Source: Tubulanus polymorphus (taxonomy: Eukaryota; Animalia; Nemertea). Taken from it: a DNA stretch of 64,000 bases. The stretch spans positions 14,072,050 through 14,136,049 of the forward strand of contig NC_134026.1 of the NCBI RefSeq assembly GCF_964204645.1. The letters are read 5' to 3'. The number at the start of each line of letters is the position of its first letter. The first letter of the stretch is position 1. Positions 56,496 through 64,000 of this stretch are shown one piece after another. Position numbers and translations under genes: made by a program. The notes under the pieces are model-generated. The model saw only the letters and a list, made by a program, of their open reading frames with translations. It did not search any database and was not told where the DNA came from.

Positions 56496-57623
56496 TTATA
56501 TATTTTTAATTTTACTTGATAATATCCATTCATTGAATTTATCTGGCCATCCAACCCATTTTACTAAAGAATATTTTTTTCTTTTAATAGTTTTTGTTTT
56601 TAATACTTTTTCAATTTTATATTCTTGTTGTAGATTTTCAGTAGTTAAACTTAATTCTTCTTCGTAAAAGTAGCCATCAACTTCTTCACCATCTAAATCT
56701 TCTAATTTATAGACATATGGTTTTGTTGTTATTACCTTTTTTATTTTATATATTTCTCTAGTAAAATTTCGATCGTATCCTTTATCAAATATCTTTTTAT
56801 ACTTAGAAATTCTAACATTTTGACCAACTTTAAATTTAGGTTCACCAAAATCATCTACAAGAAATGCTCCATATAAATTATTCCAAACAATTTCAGCATT
56901 TTCAGGTTTTCTAGCATCAATAGGTTTCATTCCAATAGAAGAATGATAAGAATTATTATATCCTTCTATCAATTTTGGTAAAACATCAATCCATTTAAAA
57001 GTATTATTTGCTGTAAAATATTTCCACATTCTTGTTCTTAATGTTCTATTAAATCGTTCAACAACTGCCGCTTTTTTATCCGATTTTGTTGAAAAATATT
57101 TAATATTATGATTATCTAAGAGTTCATGAACAAGTGAATTATCAAACTCTTTTCCATCATCAAATTGTATTTTTTCTGGTTTTAGTTTATCATCCCAAAG
57201 AAATTTTCTTAAAACATTTGATGTTTGTACAGCATCTTTTCTATAAAGTGGGAAGCTCCATACATAACGACTAAAAATATCAATTATATTCAATAACCAC
57301 CAATAATCATCATTATCTTTCTTAACATTTTTCATATCAATTAAATCTCCTTGCCACTGTTGATCTACATAACTTACCATAGTTTTACGAGTTTTATATT
57401 TTCTAACAATTTTTTTATGTGTTGTGTATGTTGGTTGTTCTAACATAAATTCATTTATACCTTTATATTTAACTAAATTTTGTGGGATTATCTTATCTAA
57501 TTTATCTTGTTTTACTTTACGCCATATATTTTTAGTAGAAGAATAAGCAACCGAACTCTCACGGTTGTAATATAAATTTCTTAAATATTGTTCTTTAGTA
57601 TTAGGAGTTTTTTTACCACCCAT
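56496..57623 (-). CDS. Maverick/Polinton-type retroviral-like (rve) c-integrase with C-terminal chromodomain
   Basis: DDE triad QQWQGDLIDM / IQFDDGKEF / KAAVVERFNRTL, then YNNSYHSSIGMKP, PKFKVGQNVRIS, and chromodomain YKIEKVL...LVKWVGWPDKFNEWI. Intact, 375 aa. Confidence 0.96.
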   Translation of the reverse strand: MGGKKTPNTKEQYLRNLYYNRESSVAYSSTKNIWRKVKQDKLDKIIPQNLVKYKGINEFMLEQPTYTTHKKIVRKYKTRKTMVSYVDQQWQGDLIDMKNVKKDNDDYWWLLNIIDIFSRYVWSFPLYRKDAVQTSNVLRKFLWDDKLKPEKIQFDDGKEFDNSLVHELLDNHNIKYFSTKSDKKAAVVERFNRTLRTRMWKYFTANNTFKWIDVLPKLIEGYNNSYHSSIGMKPIDARKPENAEIVWNNLYGAFLVDDFGEPKFKVGQNVRISKYKKIFDKGYDRNFTREIYKIKKVITTKPYVYKLEDLDGEEVDGYFYEEELSLTTENLQQEYKIEKVLKTKTIKRKKYSLVKWVGWPDKFNEWILSSKIKNI

Positions 57624-57653
57624 TTATATATCCTTAATTTTAACTTTATATTT

Positions 57654-58898
57654 CTAATATTGAATACTATCTAATTGTGAATTTACAATATTTAATTGTG
57701 CGTCAGATATAATATAAATGTGCATTTTAAAATTTAAGCTTCCTTTTTTCTTTTTCATGAATAATTGTATTCCATCTTTAGTGTTCTGTAGTTTTTTCCC
57801 AGAACCATGTAATGAATTATCCTCTGTTCTAAAATCTAACCATAATGCATATTTATTGCCGGTATAATAATCAATTTGATTAATATTACAATTTTCAAAT
57901 GATTTTACTTTTTCATTCATAAAATGTTTTCTAATTTCTGGCCATTGATCAATCATTCTCATTCCTTGACAAAATATTTTATTTGCTATTCCTTCGATAG
58001 TTATTTCTACTTTTGTTATTTCAGGATTATGATAATTATCTACCTTTATTGCGCCATTAGAATATGTTGCAATGGTATAAAATATTAATATACCTTTAAT
58101 GGATCTTCTTGGGAAGTTAATATTCTCATTAATTATTTCATCATTTGCATTAATAGTTACGGTTTTAAATTTATCAATATAATCATATAATAATGAAAAT
58201 CCTTGATTGTATTGAGTTTGAATTGTGCTAGCAATATTTTCATTAGTTACTGTGTTATATTCTAAACATATATTCGATAATTTATAACCCATATCTTTAA
58301 CAACGCTAGATAATACAATTTCATTTACAGGAGCAAATGTTATCTCAAATATAATATCTTCTTGAATTGCGTATTTATATAAAGGTGCATTATTATTTAT
58401 CAATTCAAAATCTAATGGAATTTTATATTTGTTTCCATAAATCTTTTTAATCAAATTATCTGTGGCACGAGTTACTATTGCTTCATTAGCTCCTGATCTT
58501 AATTTATTATGGTTTTCCGATTGAATACCTTGAAATATCATATTATTTCTATTTTCTTTAGTTAACCATAAATCTTTATAATGCATAAATAAATTATAAT
58601 CATCTAATGAGAAAACTGTTTCTGGACCAATCTTTATTGTTAATTTTTTAATCAAATATCTTCCAACATTATCAACAACATAATTGTTATCATGGCCAGT
58701 TACTTTTATATCGGCTGATAAATAAATACTATTTGGAACATAAAAAGTATTTTGTGTTAATCTAGGAATTCTAACATATAAAGTTTCATCGGGATTAATA
58801 TTTGAAGGGTTATGAGTAATTATACGATGTGATCTTTCTGCTTTAATAGCATTAGATATTCTAGAAATCTTAGAAGGACTTATATAACTCCCACTCAT
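57654..58898 (-). CDS. Probable double-jelly-roll major capsid protein
   Basis: 414 aa, beta-rich, next to the ATPase and integrase. The segment LYVRIP...YLSADI...NVGRYLIKKLTIKIG matches the DJR-capsid N-terminal pattern. C-terminal YALWLDFRT...LHGSG...IISDAQLNI resembles Polinton-like capsid proteins of marine invertebrates (recalled, not searched). Confidence 0.8.
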   Translation of the reverse strand: MSGSYISPSKISRISNAIKAERSHRIITHNPSNINPDETLYVRIPRLTQNTFYVPNSIYLSADIKVTGHDNNYVVDNVGRYLIKKLTIKIGPETVFSLDDYNLFMHYKDLWLTKENRNNMIFQGIQSENHNKLRSGANEAIVTRATDNLIKKIYGNKYKIPLDFELINNNAPLYKYAIQEDIIFEITFAPVNEIVLSSVVKDMGYKLSNICLEYNTVTNENIASTIQTQYNQGFSLLYDYIDKFKTVTINANDEIINENINFPRRSIKGILIFYTIATYSNGAIKVDNYHNPEITKVEITIEGIANKIFCQGMRMIDQWPEIRKHFMNEKVKSFENCNINQIDYYTGNKYALWLDFRTEDNSLHGSGKKLQNTKDGIQLFMKKKKGSLNFKMHIYIISDAQLNIVNSQLDSIQY

Positions 58899-58922
58899 TT
58901 ATTAAACAAAAAAATTAATTAT
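58896..58922 (-). promoter_or_regulatory. Candidate late-type promoter AATTAATTTTTTTGTTTAATAAATG of the capsid gene
   Basis: Differs by one base from the 25 nt ending in the ATG of ORF 55602 (AATTAATTTTTTTGTTTTATAAATG). ATAAATG is shared by all seven gene starts. Confidence 0.6.
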
Positions 58923-60378
58923 TTATTTTTTATTATTTTTTTCTTGATATCTTTTTGATATCATATTTACTAACCCAAAAATAATAGCACTTACAACTGT
59001 AATTAAAAATAAAATAATATGTTCAGCAGCAAAGTTAATAATGTTTCCTGCAGATTTCAATATAAAACCAACAATTGATGCAATAATTCCTGGTAATGCT
59101 GCGGCAGATTTTTTAGATAGTTCCCATAAATATTTTGCTAATTCCTTTAAACCATCTTTAACTTTATCTTGTATAGAATTATTATCATTCGGGGGTTTAT
59201 CCGGTTTATTGGGAGTAGGTGTAGATTTTAAAGCATTTGATATAGCTAAACCAATTGTTGTAAATAACATAGTTACAGCTGTTAGAATTGAAAGAATTGT
59301 TATTCCTTCTAATTTAAGTAATAATTTTATTCTATCTTTTAATGATATTTCAGAATTTGGTTTAATCAACAAATCTTTAAAAATAACTTTTAATCTATTA
59401 ATATTATAATCATATGATTTTAATAATAATTTAATTTCTTCTTTCTGTACTTCTAAATTATCTTTTAAATTACTAATTTCTTTTTCTAAACGTAATTCTT
59501 TTTGCCTATATTCTATTTCCTCAATTACTTGATGATCTAAATCGGACTTTATTTGTTCTATTTCTTTATTTGCATTAGTTAATTCTTTTTCCAAATACAT
59601 AATTTTTTGATCTCTTATACTTTTATTATGTGCAATTTTATCAGATGCAAGTCTTAATAATTTCTCTAATTGCTTTATCAGAAAATATATCTAAATTTTC
59701 TAATTGTTGATCTGTTGCATCAAGTAATCCATTCGGTAAAAGTTTTTCAATTGGAACTTTATTTGATTTAAGTTTACTATTTTTGGAAGTTATATTCTGT
59801 TCAGAAGTTGTTTCTGTTTCTGATTTCTTTTTGATTATTTCAAATAATTCATTAATTCTTTGTTTAAATACTTCTCTATTTTTATTCATTTCTGTTTGTG
59901 TTAAATCTTCTTCTATATCATTACTAATACTTATTCTCTTAATTCTATCTGGATCTAAATCACTCAAAGTTGATTTTGTTAATATTTTATTTTTATTATT
60001 TTTATGAGTGATAGCAATATAATAATCATCTTTCAAATGATAATAACATTTACCATTATCTAAAAATCTTAATTGATCTGCTAAAGGTCCAACGTCTTCA
60101 TCATTTATGTTAAGTTTAGAATTTTCAATTAAATCTTCTAATTTAGCTATTTTGTTTAAATTATCTAAATCTTGTTTTACTAAATATGGGTCTAAATTTT
60201 CGGGATTTAATTGTGATTCAGCATTTTTAATATAATCAGGCATATTCAAATTATTATTATATTCTGGCTCATTACCATCATTAAAATTTGTTTCATCAAA
60301 ATCAGGTGGTTGTTCATCAGTTATACCAGGTTCATCAAAAGGATCCATTCCAATATCTTCTCCACCTTCTACATCCAT
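58923..60378 (-). pseudogene. Large acidic/coiled-coil protein with C-terminal membrane helices; two ORFs probably one gene with a 1-nt frameshift (about 484 aa if repaired)
   Basis: ORFs 59641-60378 and 58923-59600 fuse if one base is removed at 59654-59655 (...KAIREIIRLASDKIAHNKSIRDQKIMYLEKEL...). The second ORF lacks the ATAAATG start. Hydrophobic or amphipathic segments: GITILSILTAVTMLFTTIGLAI, AAALPGIIASIVGFIL, IILFLITVVSAIIFGLV. Confidence 0.75.
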
Positions 60379-60403
60379 TTATATAATAAAAAAATTAAAA
60401 TTT

Positions 60404-60440
60404 AAAATATAGCTGCAATGCAGCGATAACGGGTTTTCTG
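60404..60440 (-). mobile_element. 3' end of HINE-like family 3 abutting the viral cassette
   Basis: AAAATATAGCTGCAATGCAGCGATAACGGGTTTT is essentially the reverse complement of 41930-41963. Confidence 0.7.
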
Positions 60441-60459
60441 CACAGTCTTAGAATCCTGT

Positions 60460-60700
60460 TCAACGGTGGATTTCGACGAAGCATTTGATAAGGCACAACA
60501 TCAGCCATTACTAAACAGGCTATTAGGAAACAGTATCAATGATAGGTCGCCCAAATGGCTCAGCAGTTATCTCTGAACGAAAACTTGTAGCCGAAATCAA
60601 CGGAACGCCTCATCTTGGAATAAGTCGGTCAAACTAGTGGAGTCACGCAAGGTAGTATCCTAAGTTGTCTTCTGTTTAATGTCCTGACAAATGACATACA
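60460..60700 (+). pseudogene. Degenerate CR1-group LINE reverse transcriptase fragment
   Basis: VDFDEAFDKAQHQPLL...KWLSSYL...TSGVTQGSILSCLLFNVLTNDI, compared with the consensus DFSKAFD...GVPQGSILGPLLF. Confidence 0.75.
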
Positions 60701-60744
60701 CACTAATCCAACATATCCCAGACCGAGTAAATTTCCAAATCGAC

Positions 60745-61180
60745 CTTAACACGCTGTTCGACCAAAAAACTTAATGTTCCAACAAGAAAATCTTGTTTGA
60801 ATGAAAATAATTCTGTTTGATCGAACAATACGCTTTTTGCTTGAACCAAAAATTTTCTTCATTCTGACAAAAAATGTGTTCGAATAAAAAGCTATGTTAT
60901 AGTTGAAATGAAAAATTTTAAGTCCCGGCAAAAAAATTTGGTGGAGCGAAAACAATTTTTTCGAACGAATGTTTGAATGAAAACAATTCTGTTCGATTGA
61001 ACGAAATACTTCATACTTTCGGTTCGGAGAAAAAACTTTTTTCAATATACTTGTTCGAACGAAAAACTTAATGTTCTGACAAGAAAATTCTGTTCAAATT
61101 AAAAAAGATTCTGTTCAATTGAACGATTGTTCAAACGAAAAACCTTTCGTTTGGACAAAAAAAAGTTTGTTCAACTTTGT
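60745..61180. repeat. Degenerate GTTCGAAC-rich repeat with a ~295-bp internal duplication
   Basis: TGTTCGA(C/A)C.AAAAACTTAATGTTC..ACAAGAAAAT at ~60755 and ~61052. Confidence 0.6.
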
Positions 61181-61251
61181 TCTTGCGATTTTCTCGCATC
61201 GCAGAAAGTAGAACACGTACGACTCCATGTGACTGGCGTTGCTGAAAGGTC

Positions 61252-62324
61252 AGGACGCCAGTGATATGACGACTGAGTTTCAAGTCGTCAAAACGTCACG
61301 ATACGTCAACATATTTATGTTGACTTGATGCGATATATCGCGATATATCGACATAAACATGGCGACTTGTCGAGTTGGAACGCGACAACTCGAGGCCCTT
61401 TATCGCTTCCGTAGATCTTTCATTAAGTAGGATCACTTGAATGATCGCTTTAATATCTACGGAAGCGATAAGGGGCCTCGAGATGTCGCGTTCCAACTCG
61501 ACAAGTCGCCATATTTATGTCGACATATCGCGATATATCGCGTCAAGTCGACATGAATATGTCGACATATCGTGACGTTTTCACGACAAATTTCGCTTTT
61601 TCGCCCATTTTCCACGGGACAAGCCGTCATTTGAAGACACGTCTAAATGTAAGATGAGGACGCCACTAATATGGCGACTGGGTTTCAAGTCGTCGTGAAT
61701 ATGTCGACTTGTCGCGAGGAAAATGGTCGCGGAAACGAAATATGTCGTCAAAACGTCACGGTATGTCGACATATTCATGTCGACTTGACGCAATATATCA
61801 CGATATATCGACATAAATATGACGACTTGTCGAGTTGGAACGCGACATCTCGAGGCCCCTTATCGCTTCCGTAAATATCACTTAAAAAAAAAAAGAATCT
61901 GCCAAAATGACCTTAATATTCGACACATTATCTACGGAAGCGATAAGGGGGCTCGAGATGTCACGTTCCAACTCGAATAGTCGCCATATTTATGTCGACA
62001 TACCGCGATATATCGCGTCAAGTCGATATATCGTGACGTTTTGACGACATATTTCGTTTCCTCGACCATTTTCCTCGCGACAAGTCGACATATTCATGAC
62101 GACTTGAAACTCAGTCGTCATATTACTAGCGTCCTCATCTTACACTTAGACATGTCTTCAAATGACGGCTTGTCCCGTGGAAAATGAGCAAAAAAGCGAA
62201 ATTTGTTGTGAAAACGTCACGATATATCGACATATTCATGTGGACTTGACGCGATATATCGACATAAATATGGCGACTTGTCGAGTTTGAACGCCACAAC
62301 TCGAGGCCCTTTATCGCTTCCGTA
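61252..62324. mobile_element. Cluster of three copies of a ~400-bp long-TIR MITE (TACGGAAGCGATAAGGGG termini)
   Basis: Partial copy 61252-61413, full copy 61458-61873, inverted full copy 61933-62324. ~125-bp TIRs ending in TA. A 20-bp tandem duplication at 62321-62360. Confidence 0.85.
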
Positions 62325-62432
62325 CTATATCAGATTAATCCGTACTATATCAGATTAATCGACTTCAAAATAGGCGAAAGCATAAGTCTTTATTACGTTA
62401 TTAATTGGCCTAATTATTCAAAAGCTAACAAT

Positions 62433-64000
62433 GTGGGCGACAAAACCAAAAAAATTAATTGTCGCGGGCGATAAAACCAAAATAATCATTTGTCGCTGGC
62501 GATAAAACCAAAATATTGAATTGTCGCGGGCGACAAAACCAAAAAAAAATGAATTGTCACGGGCGATAAAACCAAAATCTTGATTTGTCGCGGGCGACAA
62601 AACCAAAATATTGAATTGTCGCGGGCGACAAAACCAAACTAATGAATTGTCGCGGGTGATAAAACCAAAATAATGAATTGTCGCTGGCGATAAAACCAAA
62701 ATATTGAATTGTCGCAGGCGATAAAACCAAAATATTGAATTGTCGCGGGCGACAAAACCAAGCTAATGAATTGTCGCGGGTGATAAAACCAAAATAATGA
62801 ATTGTCGCTGGCGATAAAACCAAAATATTGAATTGTCGCAGGCGATAAAACCAAAATATTGAATTGTTGCGTGGACAAAACCAAAATATTGGATTGTCGC
62901 GGGCGACAAAACCAAACTAATGAATTGTCGCAGGCGATAAAACCAAAATAATGAATTGTCGTGGGCGATAAAACCAAAATAATGAATTGTTGCTGGTGAT
63001 AAAACCAAAATATTGAATTGTCGCGGACGATAAAACCAAAATAATGAATTGTCGCGGGCGATAAAACCAAAATAATGAATTGTCGCGTGCGACAAAACCA
63101 AAATAATGAATTGTCGCGGGCGATAAAACCAAAATAATGAATTGTCGCGGGCGATAAAACCAAAATAATGAATTGTCACGGGCAACAAAACCAAACTAAT
63201 GAATTGTTGCGGGCGATAAAACCAAAATATTGAATTGTCGCAGGCGATAAAACCAAAATATTGAATTGTTGCGTGGACAAAACCAAAATATTGAATTGTC
63301 GCAGGCGATAAAACCGCGACATAAAAAAAAATTGTCGCAGGCGATAAAACCAAAATAATGAATTGTCGCGGGCGATAAAACCTAAATAATGAATTGTCGC
63401 GGGCGACAAAACCAAAATAATGTATTGTCGCGGGCGATAAAACCAAAATAATGAATTGTCGCTGGTGATAAAACCAAAATATTGAATTGTCGCAGGCGAT
63501 AAAACCAAAATATTGAAGTGTCGTAGGCGATAAAACCGCGACAAAAAAAAAATTGTCGCAGGCGATAAAACCAAAATAATGAATTGTCGCGTGCTACAAA
63601 ACCAAAATAATGAACTGTCGCGGGCGATAAAACCAAAATAATGAATTGTCGCGGGCGATAAAACCAAAATAATGAATTGTCCCGGGCGACAAAACCAAAA
63701 TATTGAATTGTTGCGGGCGACAAAACCAAACTAATGAATTGTTGCGGGCGATAAAACCAAAATAATGAATTGTCACTGGCGATAAAACCAAAATATTGAA
63801 TTGTCGCAGGCTATAAAACCGCGACAAAAAAAAAATTGTCGAGGGCGATAAAACCAAAATAATGAATTGTCGCGTGCGACAACACCAAAATAATGAATTG
63901 TCGCGGGCGATAAAACCAAAATAATGAATTGTCGCGGGCGACAAAACCAAAATAATGTATTGTCGCGGGCGATAAAACCAAAATAATGAATTGTCGCTGG
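62433..64000. repeat. 31-bp tandem satellite (TGTCGCGGGCGATAAAACCAAAATAATGAAT)n running off the window
   Basis: Period 31 (GTCGC at 63051, 63082, 63113), about 50 units, with variant units ending in an A-run. Confidence 0.97.

Larger units (their letters stand above)
53270..60378 (-). mobile_element. Endogenous Polinton/Maverick-like virus cassette (boundaries not defined; TIRs not found)
   Basis: Tightly packed, intronless, very AT-rich ORFs: c-integrase, packaging ATPase, capsid-sized protein and membrane proteins, all sharing the ATAAATG start context. Confidence 0.9.

Noticed and set aside
59041-60007. Plus-strand ORFs antisense to viral genes (also 54788 and 56476)
   Set aside because: Shadow frames of the AT-rich minus-strand genes.
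53270-60378. Contaminating bacterial or phage contig
   Set aside because: The chromodomain c-integrase is a eukaryotic Maverick hallmark, and the cassette is joined to host repeat families found elsewhere in the window. A misjoin still needs a read check.
61902-61915. CCAAAATGACCTTA also present at ~53628-53641
   Set aside because: Only 14 bp, in direct orientation and AT-rich; too weak to call an element boundary.
62418-63950. Many overlapping minus-strand ORFs (MVLSPATIHYFGF...)
   Set aside because: They are translations of the 31-bp satellite in all frames, with no coding signature.
62433-64000. CRISPR-like array
   Set aside because: Units are head to tail with no unique spacers, there are no cas genes, and the context is eukaryotic.

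Overview
AT-rich animal genomic DNA (probably a marine invertebrate; taxon not determinable from sequence alone). Bases 1161-50100 hold one 5-exon CNNM-family metal (Mg2+) transporter gene. All introns are phase 1 and GT-AG, and the spliced CDS is 2355 nt (784 aa). The introns are packed with nested transposon debris: many copies of a Helentron/HINE-like element with 154-bp internal arrays, a decayed Gypsy element, L2/CR1-type LINEs, and piggyBac, hAT, Tc1/mariner, Harbinger, MULE and Kolobok-type elements. The most interesting part is 53270-60378, an intronless, very AT-rich, virus-like cassette of Polinton/Maverick type: chromodomain c-integrase, A32/FtsK-like packaging ATPase, probable double-jelly-roll major capsid protein, a large coiled-coil/membrane protein and small ORFs. 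No pPolB, protease or penton is visible in the window. All seven inferred true gene starts sit in ATAAATG, often after a T-run, which resembles the poxvirus late promoter and suggests a helper-virus-dependent (virophage-like) element. A GC-richer twin-hairpin island with GGCGCC loops lies where the cassette's two transcription directions converge. The window ends in a cluster of palindromic MITEs and a 31-bp tandem satellite.
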